Source: an uncultured Planctomycetota bacterium
GTDB lineage: Bacteria > Planctomycetota > Planctomycetia > Isosphaerales > Isosphaeraceae
NCBI GenBank assembly: GCA_963845755.1
Contig: CAWJTV010000034.1
Coordinates: 160,001-224,000 of the forward strand
Direction: 5' to 3'
Length of the DNA stretch: 64,000 nucleotides
Shown: piece by piece, positions 33,275 to 45,106 of the stretch
Layout: every line of letters begins with the position of its first letter
Position numbering within the stretch: position 1 is the first letter of the stretch
Made by a program: the position numbers and the translations under genes
The notes under the pieces: model-generated
The model's input: the letters and a program-made list of their open reading frames with translations, nothing else
Database searches by the model: none
What the model was told of the DNA's origin: nothing

Positions 33275-35626
33275 ATGCTGGGCCTTGTCCCGTTGTCGTT
33301 CGTGCTATTCGGGATTGGTGTCGCGTCTGAAAGAGAGGACAAATGCCTCACCGCGCCGCGGAACCCGGGATTTGAGGCGCAGTCGTTCCTCGAGGGATGG
33401 CAAGTGGTGACCTATGGGGCCGAGGCGAAGGTTGAGTCGGATGAGGAGGTCTTTCGGGAAGGGCGGCATTCCCTGAGGGTCTCGGCCGAGGCACCGACGG
33501 ACACGGCGCTGGGACAGGAGGTCGAAGTCCGGCCCGGAGGATGGTACCGGTTCCGCGGCTGGGTGCGCACCCGCGGTCTCGACCCGCTCGATGCGCCGGT
33601 CTGCGGGACGTATCAGGTCCAGACCGCGGGTAACCGTGTACCGATCGCGGCGGGCGCGAGTCATCGAGGCGATACCGACTGGACCGAGGTCGTCCTGGTC
33701 TTTCAGGCACCGGCCGACGGTCGCGTGCGGATCGCGCCGTTCCTCGTGGGCTTCGGCAAGGGACGCGGCACGGCCTGGTTCGACGGCCTGCAGCTCGAGG
33801 CGTTCGAGCCCGCGCGCACGCCGGCGGTCATCACTCGAGAACCGTTGCGCCCCGGCCGAATCGAGCCCGGCCAGTACGGCCAGTTCATCGAGTATCTCTG
33901 CGACCTGGTCCCGGGAATGTGGGCCGACAAGCTCTGCGACGGCAACTTCGAGGGCCTGAGCCCGTATACGTTGCTGCATTACCTCAAGGAGACCGATTTT
34001 CGACAGCACCCCTGGTATCCCTGCGGGGCGACCAATCGCGGCCGGTTCGAGCGCGATCCGTCGACGAAGATCGGCGGCACGGTCTCGTACCGGATCACCG
34101 CCGCGGAAGTCGTGCCGTGCACGCTCGGCATCGCGCAAGACGGGATCGCGGTTCAACAGGGACTCAGTTGCACATTTTCCTGCTACCTGAAGAAGACGGG
34201 GACGCCCGGCCCGGTGCGGGTCCGCTTGCATCGCGAGGGGACCGTCTACGCGACGGCCGATCTCGAGCCCACGGCCGAGTGGGTGAAGTACCGCGCCCGG
34301 CTCATCCCGACCGCTACCGATGCGCACGCGACGATCTCCATCGAGTTCCACGGGCCGGGGACGCTCTGGCTGGATAGCGCCAGCCTGATGCCCGAGGACG
34401 CGATCGGCGGCTGGCGGCGCGACGTGGTCGAGGCGGTCCGCGACATGAAGCCGGGCGTGATCCGGTTCGGCGGCAGCGCGGTCGACGTCGTCAACGCCGG
34501 CGATTTCGAGTGGCGCGACACGATCGGCGACCCCGATCGCCGCAAGCCCCTGCGCGCCTGGGGGGGATTGCAGCCTACCGGTCCCGGCCTGGAGGAAATC
34601 GTCCAGTTCTGCCGGCTCGTGGGGGCCGAACCGCTGATCTGCGTCCGAATCGTCGGCCGCACCGCCCAGGAAGCCGCCGATCAGGTCCAGTACTTCAACG
34701 GAGACGTCCAGACCCCGTTCGGTGCGCTCCGGGCCAAGTTTGGACATCCCGAACCGTATCACATCCGATACTGGCAGGTCGGCAACGAGCAGAGCGGGCC
34801 CGACTACGAGAAGCGGCTGCCCGAATTCTGCCGGGCGATGAAGCTGGCCGACCCGAAGATCGAGCTGCTCTCGTCCTATCCGAAGCCGGGCGTGCTCCGC
34901 GGAGCCAGGGACTGGCTCGACTACGTATCTCCGCACCATTACGACTGTGCCAATCTCGCGGGATGCGACGCCGACTTCGAATCGATTCGCCGGTTGCTGC
35001 ACGAGCTGGCGCCTGGGCGGACGATCCGGGTGGGAGTCACCGAGTGGAACACGACGGCCGGCGACGCCGGACCGCGTCGCGCGCGGCTCTGGACGCTGGA
35101 GAACGCCCTGGCCTGCTCCAGATATCAAAACCTACTCCATCGCCATTGCGACCTCGTACCGATCGCCAATCGGTCCAACATCGTCAACAGCTTCTGCTCG
35201 GGCTTCATCCAGACGGATAACCATCGACTCTACAAGACCCCGACCTACCATGCGCAGATGCTCTATGCGACGATGGCCGGCGATCGCCCGCTGAAGATCG
35301 ACTCGCCCCTGCCATCCATCTCGGTACCCGACCTCAGCGCCACGCTCTCGGCCGATGGGAAAGCCGTCATCCTGATGGCGGTGAATGACCGGCCCGAGGC
35401 GATCGCGCGTCCGCTGGACTTCTCCGCATTCGGGCACGATGGTCAGACGCTCGAGGTCTGGACTCTCGCCGACACGAAGCATGCCGGCGAGCCCGATGTC
35501 ACCAACAGCTTCGCCGATCCCGAACGCGTGGTCCCGACCCGCTCGACCTTCGCGGTCTCGTCGCCCCGGTTCGATTACGCGTTTCCGCCGCTCTCGCTGA
35601 CGGTGCTGAAGTGGGCGGTGCGATAA
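33275..35626 (+). CDS. GH51 alpha-L-arabinofuranosidase-like protein with N-terminal CBM4/9-like domain
   Basis: NPGFE CBM start, YGQFIE, IRFGG, WQVGNE (acid/base), VTEWN (nucleophile), FPPLSLTVL. Confidence 0.85.
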   Translation: MLGLVPLSFVLFGIGVASEREDKCLTAPRNPGFEAQSFLEGWQVVTYGAEAKVESDEEVFREGRHSLRVSAEAPTDTALGQEVEVRPGGWYRFRGWVRTRGLDPLDAPVCGTYQVQTAGNRVPIAAGASHRGDTDWTEVVLVFQAPADGRVRIAPFLVGFGKGRGTAWFDGLQLEAFEPARTPAVITREPLRPGRIEPGQYGQFIEYLCDLVPGMWADKLCDGNFEGLSPYTLLHYLKETDFRQHPWYPCGATNRGRFERDPSTKIGGTVSYRITAAEVVPCTLGIAQDGIAVQQGLSCTFSCYLKKTGTPGPVRVRLHREGTVYATADLEPTAEWVKYRARLIPTATDAHATISIEFHGPGTLWLDSASLMPEDAIGGWRRDVVEAVRDMKPGVIRFGGSAVDVVNAGDFEWRDTIGDPDRRKPLRAWGGLQPTGPGLEEIVQFCRLVGAEPLICVRIVGRTAQEAADQVQYFNGDVQTPFGALRAKFGHPEPYHIRYWQVGNEQSGPDYEKRLPEFCRAMKLADPKIELLSSYPKPGVLRGARDWLDYVSPHHYDCANLAGCDADFESIRRLLHELAPGRTIRVGVTEWNTTAGDAGPRRARLWTLENALACSRYQNLLHRHCDLVPIANRSNIVNSFCSGFIQTDNHRLYKTPTYHAQMLYATMAGDRPLKIDSPLPSISVPDLSATLSADGKAVILMAVNDRPEAIARPLDFSAFGHDGQTLEVWTLADTKHAGEPDVTNSFADPERVVPTRSTFAVSSPRFDYAFPPLSLTVLKWAVR

Positions 35627-35774
35627 AGCATTGAATCATGCAGGGATGGCGTCTCACGCCGGGATTCCCTCGAATTCCCGAGCGACGACCGGGAAGAACT
35701 CTGCGCAGGGAGTCCCTATTGAATTGAGCCGGCACGGATGCGAATCATTTCTTCGGCATGGAGGAGGGACTCCC

Positions 35775-38006
35775 ATGAACCTGTCGTGGAGCGTTCTGGC
35801 CCTGGCCCTGATGGGCGCACAGGACCAGCAGCCCAGTCAGCCCAGGCCCCCAAGCCCTTCATTCGCGGTCAGGATCGACTGTTGCGGTCCCGAGTTGATC
35901 AAGAGCGAGTCGTGTCGCAAGGCGTCCATGGCGATCGTCTGCCAGGCTTGCGCCGTTGTGAAGGCGGATTGTCGCAAGCCCGGCGTTCTGGCGAAGGTGG
36001 CGGATCTGTGTCGCCGAGCGACTCGTGACCTATCTGCTCGATGAGGCGAAGGACGCCGCGTGCGCCAGGATCGCGGAAGCCACCGGCTGCGATGCGAAAA
36101 CCCCTCCGGGCATCCCACTCGAAGACAAGACCGCAGTGCCCGCGAAGATCCTCTCCTCGACGCTGGAGGTGCAGCTCCCCAAAGTCAAGAGGCCACGGAC
36201 GACCAGCGAACCGGAAGCCCCGGAATCCTGGCCATTGACGCTTGACGCGGCGATCCGCATCGCGCTGGACAATAACGAGGTCGTGCGCGTCATCGCCTTC
36301 GGTGCTCAGGGCATTCCCATCGGCGGATTCGAACCGACCCCGAGAAGCCCGAGACCCCCACGAAGCTGTCCGATGCAAAACCTGCTCCGATCGTGATCGC
36401 CCGGCTCAACGCGGATGCCCCCGTCTGGCGGTTCAAGGCCGAGATCATGGCGGAGGTTCGCTCGGTCGAGCAACAGTACTGGAACCTGGCCCAGGCGCAC
36501 GTCCAGCTCTGGGCCGCCGATCGGGCGGTCAGCCTGGGCCAGGAGATTCTCGATCGCGAGCAGGCGGAATACCAGGTCGGGCGCGGCACAGTCGCCGATG
36601 TCGCCGAGGCCGCCCAGCGGCTCGAGCAATTCAAGCTCGACCTGGTGACCCGCACTTCGGACGTGATCACGACCGAACGCCAGTTGCGGAACCTCCTCGG
36701 CCTACCTCCGGCCGACAATCGCCGGATCATCCCGGTCACGCCCCCGGCGGAAGAACGCGTGGAGTTTGACTGGGATACCTGCCTGAGCGAGATGATGGAC
36801 GAGCAGCCGGACATCGAAGAGCAACAACTTCTGGTTCGGGTCGCGGAGCTACGGCTCCTGCTCGCCCGCAACCAATTACTGCCGGAACAGAGCCTGAGGA
36901 CCCTCGACCAGATCAACGGTCTGGGCCAGCAGTTGGACTCGCTTTCTGCCGTCATGCTCAGCAGGACACTTAAGATGCTCGAACCGTTGGCTCGCACGCC
37001 CGCAAAGGTCACATGCACAGACGCGAATTCCGACGATGACAAGGGTTTCCTGAGCTGGCAGACCGGATTAGTTTTCCAGATGCCTCTGGCAACGCGCTCT
37101 CCACTGGCGAACTCTCGCCAGGCCCAATACATCCTCCTGCGCTCCCGAGCCTATCTCCAGCAAGTCGTCCACCAGACGACTCACTCGCTCGCTCGATTCT
37201 TCCTCATGGTCAACGCCAACTACAAGCAGTACAAGACGGCGTCCCGGCTCCGCCAGGCCGCCGCCCAGCGGCTCGATGCCCAGCGCGCGTATTACGAAGA
37301 AGGCCGGGTCACGATCGATCGCTTCCTCGACGCCGTCAGCCAGTACGCCACGGCCGTCGCCACCGAGGCCCAGTACAAGTCGACCTACAACATCGGCCTG
37401 GCCGCCCTGGCCGAGGCCAAGGGGACGCTGCTGACCGACCGGGGGATCGCGATCGCCGAGGGACCTCATCCGCGAAAAGCGTATGTTCGGGCGGTAGAGA
37501 TCCGACCATCCAAACCCATGGCGGCCGATGCGTCGGAGAAGGCCGCGATGCCGGCACCACCTCCGAGTCCCACGCCGCCGCGATGGGCCGAGGTCACCCA
37601 GGTCACCCGCCGCGCCGGCAAGCGGGACCTTCGGGCGATGACCGCCTCATTCGATCCGGAACGGTTCTCGAAGGACGAAGTGCCCCGGATCATCTCCCTC
37701 AACGACATTCCCCCGGCGCCTCGGTGCGTGGCGATGCCCGAGCTCGCGGCCATCCTCTGGCCCACCGCTCCGTGCGGCGTAACGGGGACCGCAAGCACCG
37801 AGCTGACTTCGAAGGATCAGGCCGCCCGCGCGATCGGTCCCCGCGTCGCCAAGATCGACACGGCCTGCACAACCGCCAAGGCTGAGAAACTCGCCAAGCC
37901 CCAGACCTGGACGTTCTCCATCTCGATCGGAGGCGCCAACCCGTTGCAGATCAAGGGAACCATCACGCGGACGGAGACCGACGATCCATCCCCCGCAAGA
38001 CCTTGA
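35775..38006 (+). CDS. TolC-family outer membrane efflux protein (frameshifts ~36025 and ~36360)
   Basis: WPLTLDAAIRIALDN, IVIARLNAD, RSVEQQYWNL, ERQLRNLLGLPPADNRRI, YEEGRVTIDRFLDA, LAEAKGTLL. Confidence 0.8.
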
Positions 38007-38533
38007 GCCGGCCACAGCGCCCGGAGGGTGGGGCCGTCAACCCACCCCCCGGACCTGGATCTCCTTGTGCAAGGCGCATCAATTCGATCTCCTGCGCGCG
38101 TCCATCTTGAATCTTTCCGCGAGCGTTGTGTATCGTAAGGTATCGGTGAGAACTCAAAGCCGTGGTAGACGGTGGTGCTGAGTGGTCTCCCTGTTCCCAT
38201 GGCGAGAGAACGACCTCTCCACTCTGCCGTCACCCTCAGTCTCAGCCAACAACCGGGGCAACTCCCCGGACTGACCGTCGATCATCATCCGGTCGTTTTG
38301 TTCCATGAGCTCCCAGAGCTCCAGTCCGCACACATCATGGTTCTCATGAAGGTGTGTCCTCATCCACTCAACTCTCCGGCGTGGATCTTCAAGTAGAAAT
38401 CCGGATCCGGCTCGGCATCGAGTATAATATCTCCAACTGAGCCTAACTCAACCGATGCTCCCCTTTGCTTGACATGTCCCCCGAGATCGCATCGCACCGA
38501 AACCGACAGCGAATCCAACATGTGAGACCATCC

Positions 38534-38905
38534 ATGAGCTGGAATCTGCATCTGGGACGCAGCGCGACCCTGGAAAAGAGTCCCACCCGGTCGGACGGCG
38601 TCCGACTTCGCTCCTTGATCGACCAGGCGACCAGGGACAGTCTTGACGAGAGCGACGAACATGCCGGCTTGCTGAGCGTGATCCGCGAGGAAGTCGTTTG
38701 CCCCTTCCCCGCGCGGATCGCCGGCGAAGAGGTCGAATGCGTTCGTCTCGAGTGGCCGAAGAACGGCTACGGCCTCAACGCCGTGTGCAAGGCCAAGGAC
38801 AAGACGCGGGTCGTCAACATCAGCATGCTGGAGTGGGTCGAGCCCCGGCCCCATGGCCACGAATGGATCGAAGCCTTCTTCGCCTGGCGCGATCTGCTGA
38901 ACTGA
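38534..38905 (+). CDS. Hypothetical protein, CcbP-like calcium-binding family
   Basis: LIDQATRDSLDESDEH..EEVVCPFPA..G..V..AVC..GHEWIEAFFAW resembles this family as I recall it. Confidence 0.5.
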   Translation: MSWNLHLGRSATLEKSPTRSDGVRLRSLIDQATRDSLDESDEHAGLLSVIREEVVCPFPARIAGEEVECVRLEWPKNGYGLNAVCKAKDKTRVVNISMLEWVEPRPHGHEWIEAFFAWRDLLN

Positions 38906-39100
38906 TTGCAACCAGGGAATCATCTCACGGTCATTCCCCCGACCGACTCGGTCGCCACCTCCGCCCTCCCGACCGATCCCGAAGCCCTGTATCTACCCCC
39001 GAGCGGCCGGTACAATTCCTACCGGGTCGATCGGGGTAGGTGCATGGTGTCTTGACTCCTGATCCATGAGTTGACCAGCGTGCTGGTCGAAGGGGGCCAC

Positions 39101-39523
39101 ATGGCGAAACAACCCAAACTTCCCAAGCGGCTTTTCAAGGACAAGGACGTCGTCCATGTCTACCAGCACGATCGTGAGTCCAAGATGAGCATGAAGCAAA
39201 TGTCGCGCGATCATCTGGATGTCTTGCAGAACATTGAATTCGCCCTGGTCACCTTGGCCCGCGAGGATCGGAGTATTGACGATCGCATGGTTGATGCGGC
39301 CCTTCGGGAGGAGATGCAGCGGGGCGGCGCGGGCGAGGACACGAGTCCACAAGTCGAGATGTTGTGCGAGCTGTTGCAGACGATACGGTCGACTCGAGAA
39401 GACGTCTCGGACGAGCTTTGGCGGGCCGGCTTACGCACGGTACGAGACTCGGTCCGCAGGCACTCGCACCTCCACCCGGGAGAGAAGGCTTATCTTCAGT
39501 TCGTGTCGCAATATGTCCGATAG
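39101..39523 (+). CDS. Hypothetical protein
   Basis: Open frame with purine-rich RBS; helical HLDVLQNIEFALV..SVRRHS..YLQFVSQYV. Confidence 0.6.
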   Translation: MAKQPKLPKRLFKDKDVVHVYQHDRESKMSMKQMSRDHLDVLQNIEFALVTLAREDRSIDDRMVDAALREEMQRGGAGEDTSPQVEMLCELLQTIRSTREDVSDELWRAGLRTVRDSVRRHSHLHPGEKAYLQFVSQYVR

Positions 39524-39675
39524 GCTTTCGATCCGCGGCGGCGGCGAGATCGTTGCGTCACGCGATTTCTCACCGTATGATGGACCCTTGTTAAACATTC
39601 GGATCCGGCAGTCCGTTCGAGGGAATCCGGTCTGACGGAACGGCCACGTTTCCCGAGGGATCGAGGGCCCAGGTA

Positions 39676-42249
39676 ATGAGGCTCTGGCAACGGTCGCACG
39701 CGAAGCCGCTCGGCTCCGGCCCCGTGATCGGGGTGCTGCTGGGAATCGCGATCCTCGGACATCCGGCCGAATCTCCGGGTGGCGAGCCCACCGGCGAGGT
39801 GAGGGCCGCTCGCGAGCGATTCTTCGAGCAGAGCGTCCGGCCGCTCCTGGCCGAGAACTGCTATTCGTGCCATGGCGCGAAGAAGCAAAAGGGGGGCTTG
39901 CGGCTCGACTCGCTCGAGGCGATCCTGAAGGGCGGCGAATCGGGACCGGCCGTCGTGCCTGGGAAACCCGCGGAGAGCCTGGTTGTCGAGGCGATCAACT
40001 ACGATGGCCTCGAAATGCCCCCGACCGGCAAGCTGGCCCCGGAAAAGGCCGCCGCACTCGCGCGATGGGTCTCGATGGGCGCCCCCTGGCCGGCCCGCGA
40101 TCGCGCCGCGGCCCACGCCACGACGGTCGCCGGCGCGAATCCGGCGGGTGCTTCCTTCCGCGACGGCCCTCCCTTGTGGTCGTTCCAGCCGCTCCGCCGC
40201 CCCCCGGTCCCCGAGCCGTCGGCGAATGAGCGCGCCACGTGGTCCGACTGGTCCAGCAATCCCATCGACCGGTTCATCCTCCACGGCCTGCGCGACCACG
40301 GCCTGACGCCCGCCCCCGAGGCCGACAAGGCGACCCTGATCCGCCGCGTGGCCTTCGACCTGACCGGACTCCCCCCCTCCCCCGACCAAGTCGACGCATT
40401 CCTGGCCGATGACCGGCCGGATGCCTACGAGCGGCTCGTCAACCGCTGGCTTGCCTCACCCCGATACGGCCAGCGCTGGGCGCGCCACTGGCTCGACCTC
40501 GTCCGCTACGCCGAATCCGACGGATATCGCCAGGACGCCTATCGTCCCGGCGCCTGGCGTTATCGCGACTACGTGGTCCACGCGTTCAACACCGATAAAC
40601 CCTACGACCGATTCCTGACCGAGCAGCTCGCGGGCGACGAGCTCGATCCCGAGGACCCCGAGCTGCGAATTGCGACCGGATATCTCCGGCTGGGCACCTA
40701 CGAGTACAACCAGCGAGACGTGCGCGGGCAATGGGCCGACATCCTCAACGACATCACCGACGTCACCGGCGAGGTGTTCCTCGGGCTGGGCATCGGCTGC
40801 GCCCGATGCCACGACCACAAGTTCGACCCGATCCTCCAGGCCGACTATTACCGGCTCCAGGCGTTCTTCACGCCGATCATGCCGCGGGATGACCTGACGT
40901 CGGCTACGCGGTCAGAGTGTCTCGAGTCCCAGTCGAAGCGCGCCACCTGGGAGAAAGCCGCGGCCGGCATCCTTCGCCAGTTGGATGCGATCGCCCGGCC
41001 GTATCGCGATAAGGGGACCGCTTCCGCGACCGCCAAGTTCCAGGACGAGATCAAGGCCCTGCTCGCCAGGCCCGACGCGGATCGAACTCCGCTGGAGCGC
41101 CAGATCGGCGCCCTGGCCTATCGCCAGATAGCCTATGAACACGAGCAGGTCCCGGCGGTTCTCAAGGGTGCGGACAAGGCGCGCTGGGCCGAGTTGCAGA
41201 AGCAGCTCCGGCGGTTCGATGCCCTGAAGCCGATCGAGGCCGGCCCGGTACTCGCGGCGACGGATGTCGGGCCGATCGCGCCGCCGACGATGATCCCCGG
41301 CGAGCGGAAGTCGGAGCCGATCGCGCCGGGGTTCTTGTCGGCCCTCGATCCCGCACCGGCCCGGATCGAGCCATCCCCCGCGGCGCCTCGATCGACCGGC
41401 CGCCGGCTGGCGCTGGCGCGTTGGCTGAGCCGGCCCGACAACCCGCTCTCGACCCGGGTCATCGTCAACCGGATCTGGCAATATCACTTCGGCCGGGGCC
41501 TGGTCGCCACCTCGGGCGACTTCGGCCGCGTCGGTGAGCTTCCCACTCATCCCGAGTTGCTCGACTGGCTGGCGCGCGAGTTCACCGCGCACGGTTGGCG
41601 CTGGAAGCCGATCCATCGGCTGATCCTGACCTCGGCCGCTTACCAGCAGTCCGCGCGCCGGCCTCGATCCGAAGTGGCCGACTCCGCCCGGATCGACCCG
41701 GAAAACCGGCTGCTGTGGAAGCAAGGAGTCCGTCGACTCGATGCGGAGGAGATCCGAGATGCGATGCTGGCCGTCAGCGGCGAGCTCGACCCAACAATCG
41801 GCGGCCCCAGCGCCGAGGCATCGCGCTCGCGGCGCACCATCGAGACCCGACTGATCCGCAACACGCACGACCCGCTGCTCGACGCCTTCGACGCCCCCGA
41901 CGGCACCAGCACCACCTCCCGCCGCGACACCACCACGACCAGCACCCAGGCCCTGCTCCTCATCAACGGCGGCTGGACGCTCGCCCGAGCCCGGGCGCTC
42001 GCCGGTCGGATCGAGCAGCACGAGCCCGACTCCTCGGACAACTCCGGTCGCATCGTCGTGGCGTACCGCCTGACTCTCGGCCGCATACCCGACCCCGAGG
42101 AGATGGGCGAGGCCATCGCCTTTCTCGATCGCCAGGCACGGCGGGCCCAGCCACATGCGCCGCACAGCAGGCCCTCGGCCGGCCACGCGGCCCTGGTCGA
42201 CTTCTGCCACGTGCTGCTCAATTCCAGCGAATTCCTCTACGTGGATTGA
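39676..42249 (+). CDS. PSD1 / planctomycete cytochrome c protein (PSCyt1, DUF1549, DUF1553)
   Basis: [81 protein letters not shown]. Confidence 0.95.
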   Translation: MRLWQRSHAKPLGSGPVIGVLLGIAILGHPAESPGGEPTGEVRAARERFFEQSVRPLLAENCYSCHGAKKQKGGLRLDSLEAILKGGESGPAVVPGKPAESLVVEAINYDGLEMPPTGKLAPEKAAALARWVSMGAPWPARDRAAAHATTVAGANPAGASFRDGPPLWSFQPLRRPPVPEPSANERATWSDWSSNPIDRFILHGLRDHGLTPAPEADKATLIRRVAFDLTGLPPSPDQVDAFLADDRPDAYERLVNRWLASPRYGQRWARHWLDLVRYAESDGYRQDAYRPGAWRYRDYVVHAFNTDKPYDRFLTEQLAGDELDPEDPELRIATGYLRLGTYEYNQRDVRGQWADILNDITDVTGEVFLGLGIGCARCHDHKFDPILQADYYRLQAFFTPIMPRDDLTSATRSECLESQSKRATWEKAAAGILRQLDAIARPYRDKGTASATAKFQDEIKALLARPDADRTPLERQIGALAYRQIAYEHEQVPAVLKGADKARWAELQKQLRRFDALKPIEAGPVLAATDVGPIAPPTMIPGERKSEPIAPGFLSALDPAPARIEPSPAAPRSTGRRLALARWLSRPDNPLSTRVIVNRIWQYHFGRGLVATSGDFGRVGELPTHPELLDWLAREFTAHGWRWKPIHRLILTSAAYQQSARRPRSEVADSARIDPENRLLWKQGVRRLDAEEIRDAMLAVSGELDPTIGGPSAEASRSRRTIETRLIRNTHDPLLDAFDAPDGTSTTSRRDTTTTSTQALLLINGGWTLARARALAGRIEQHEPDSSDNSGRIVVAYRLTLGRIPDPEEMGEAIAFLDRQARRAQPHAPHSRPSAGHAALVDFCHVLLNSSEFLYVD

Positions 42250-42271
42250 GGAATGGGCCGGAAACCAGCTA

Positions 42272-42464
42272 TAGAGCGCGTAACGCTTGCGTTGCGCACA
42301 CCCAGGGTTCAACGCGATAGTACCCCCCTGTATCCCTCTTGGTCAGGGGGGAAAAAGACCTACGGAGCGGGCCATTTCCTTTCCCCCCCTTTGCGAAGGG
42401 GGAGTTCGGGGGGGTGAATTCGCAGCGCCTCAGGGCGTGCGCAATGCAAAAGCTAAGCGCTCCA
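42272..42464. mobile_element. ~190-bp MITE-like element with ~28-bp imperfect TIRs
   Basis: TAGAGCGCGTAACGCTTGCGTTGCGCAC versus right-end reverse complement TGGAGCGCTTAGCTTTTGCATTGCGCAC; internal CCCCC-TTTGCGAA-GGGGG hairpins; related copy at 51866. Confidence 0.65.
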
Positions 42465-42575
42465 GGGAATCGTACCCGGCCATTCGAGGGCTCGGGAAAG
42501 GACTGATGGAATAGCCTCTGGGGACCGACGCCTGCTGCTTGTCGGGCGGGTGAACCCGTTCGGTTCCCTCGCACG

Positions 42576-43537
42576 TTATTCGGCCTCGATCAGGAGGGAA
42601 CCGAAAAATCGGAGCATCTCACGACGACGGTGCAACGGCTGATCGGGGCCGATCACCGGGTCGTCCCTCCCAAGATGACCCGAGACCTGATAGGCGGAGT
42701 CGGGCTGGCTTCCAAACCGGTCGAACGTGAACGAGACCTCTGCGGCCGGGCGTCCTTTGCGGAGGCGCGACAGGACGATTCGTCGGACGATCTTGGTCCG
42801 CTCGTCGATCTCGACGGTCACCGATCGCAGCCGCGGACGCGGACGTCCGGCCCTGGGCGTGCCCCGGATGCGGGTCACACCCGCGGTGGCAACGGGTCCG
42901 TCGTGGAGCGTCCTCACGTCGAACTCGGTCGTCAACAGGTGGAGGACGGCATCGATGTCGAAGCTGAACAGGTCAAGGGTCTCATCGAGCAATTCGGGCA
43001 CATCCTCGGGGCGAAATCGAGGCCGAACTCGGTCGCGGATGCGACCCAGACGTGACGTCGCTCGTCACGTCCGCAGGCCCAGACCTCGCCCGACCGCCGT
43101 CCTTCGATCCAGAACCGATCCGACCGCGCCCACAGACGGCACTCGACCGTGGCGAGCGCCGCGAGCACGGGGGCCCGCTCCGCAATGCCCGGCGCCAGGT
43201 CGATATGGACCCGATAGGTTCGATCGCCCCGAGCCTGGTCCAGGACCTGCCGTGCTTCACTGACCAACCTGATGGTATCCGCATGCGCAAGGTCTTGCCG
43301 GACCGTCCAGATCAGGCCGATGATCAAGGCCCCAACAGCCACGCCGGCCGCACACCGCGACGCCGTACGGACGGCGCGGGACGAGACGGCATGCGACCCG
43401 CCCCTCGTCCTCGCGGATCGCCTCGACCGCACGCCGGCCAGGATCTGCCGGGCGTCCACGGTGCATTCCTCAACGCGGAGGTAGTCGCGGACCAGCGCCT
43501 CCACATCATCATTGCGACGCGGCAATTCCGGGTTCAT
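42576..43537 (-). CDS. Putative membrane-anchored anti-sigma factor (frameshift ~43010)
   Basis: Coupled to the ECF gene; short cytoplasmic N-terminus, one TM (AAGVAVGALIIGLIWTV), beta-rich periplasmic domain. Confidence 0.55.
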
Positions 43538-44062
43538 CGGTCAAGACCTCCCCGATAGCGAGCAAGATGCTGTTCCATCGCCATCCGCGCCCGGTGCACG
43601 AGCACGCCGGCGTTGCTGGGTCTGACCTGGAGGATCTCGGCGACCTCCCGGAGCGAGTACCCTTGACTCTTCAGTTCGAGGGCAGCCCTCTGCTGGACGG
43701 GGAGCGTTGCCAGCCCCCGCCCGATCACCTCGGCGAGTTCCCGGTCGAGCAAGATTCGGCCGGGCTCGCGGGCGGATCGATCCTCGACTTCGAGGGGGCG
43801 ACCCTCCTTGCCGAAGAGCGACACGACCACCCGACGTCGCGACAGCACGTTGATACACGCATGACTGATCGCCCTGAGCAAGAGCTTCATGCCGTCGCGC
43901 GGCAGGTGGTACGTGCCGCTTTTTGCGAGCAGTTGAACAGTAGCAGTCCTGGACCACATCCTCGGCCTGCTCGCGATTGCGAAGCAAGGATGTGGCATAC
44001 GCCACGGCCCTCGGCGCCGTGGCGAGCACCCAGACCGAGAGATCGTCCGGGTCGTCGTGCAC
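43534..44062 (-). CDS. ECF sigma-70 factor (frameshift ~43935)
   Basis: AVAYATSLLRNREQAEDVVQDC (region 2) joined to LPVQQRAALELKSQGYSLREVAEIL..VLVHRAR (region 4). Confidence 0.85.
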
Positions 44063-44244
44063 AACATCGACGGACGGGTGCTGGCCGTCGCCGGAAGGCC
44101 GTACCTCATCGTACTGCGCCGTCGACCATTTCGAGATAGGACGGAAAACCCAATGTCGTCGGTCCTGTGCTGGAGAACGACTGGCTCCTGGTGCAAGGGA
44201 GCCAGTCCCGCCCGGTTGCCCGATGGCCGGAATCCGAACCCGTC

Positions 44245-44756
44245 TCACCGGCTCGACGAGCCGAGGTCGATCACGATCGACTTGAAGTCTCTCAAGATCA
44301 TCTTCACATCGGACCGGGTGATCCCGCTCGCGTGCAAGACCGACGAGACGTCGGACCTCGTCTGTTGCATCAGCGATTGGGGGATACTCGCGCTGGTGAG
44401 GACGCCCGACACGTCCTGTCTCAACGCTGCGAGCTCGACCGGCGTGATCTTCCCATGGGAGACGTCGGCCCGGAAGTCCGTCTTGAGGGCGGTGACCGCG
44501 GCCGGATCGGGCTTGGTGGCGACCGCCGCGATCGACTCGAAGTCGGATGTCACCGCCTTGACCTCGGCGATGGTGACGTTCGAACTCTGATGGATGGTAT
44601 TCAGGTCGTCCGCGAGTTGCTGCACGCCCTGCTGGAGCGTGGAGAGCAGCCGGCGCCCTCGAGCAGTTCGCAGCCGATCGCCATTCGGCGGCGCCGGGAG
44701 GGCACGAGCCCCTGACGAGCAGCGCGTGAGGAGCCGCCAGTGCGAGTTATCATCAT
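44245..44756 (-). CDS. Small LEPR-XLL-type exported helical protein (frameshift ~44655)
   Basis: MMITRTGG..RRRRMAIGCELLEG joined to RRLLSTLQQGVQQLADDL gives the basic tract plus ExLExRxLLS motif. Confidence 0.65.
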
Positions 44757-45106
44757 CGGAATTCCCCTTCTCTTCATGACAGAGGCCGAGTGGCCGACCC
44801 CACACGCCAGGCGTGCGGATTGATCCATCAAGTCGAATCCTCGCGGCCTGAGTATAAAACACACAGACCCGTCACTTCTTACAATCCGCCCTCACCATTT
44901 CTCGACGAGTTCCCAGGAACCCGGCCTTCGATGTAACCCTCGATTCAACAACGGGTTGCAGGGCCGATCCCGGCGATCCCTCGTCGGAAATCCGCAATAT
45001 GCGGAAAAGTTTATGCAACTGGGAGTGCGCTCGTGCGGATCGTATGGGTAAACGGACGTTGCGCCGAGGACACCTTCCGCTGCATCCAGACCCGGGGCCT
45101 ACCTCC

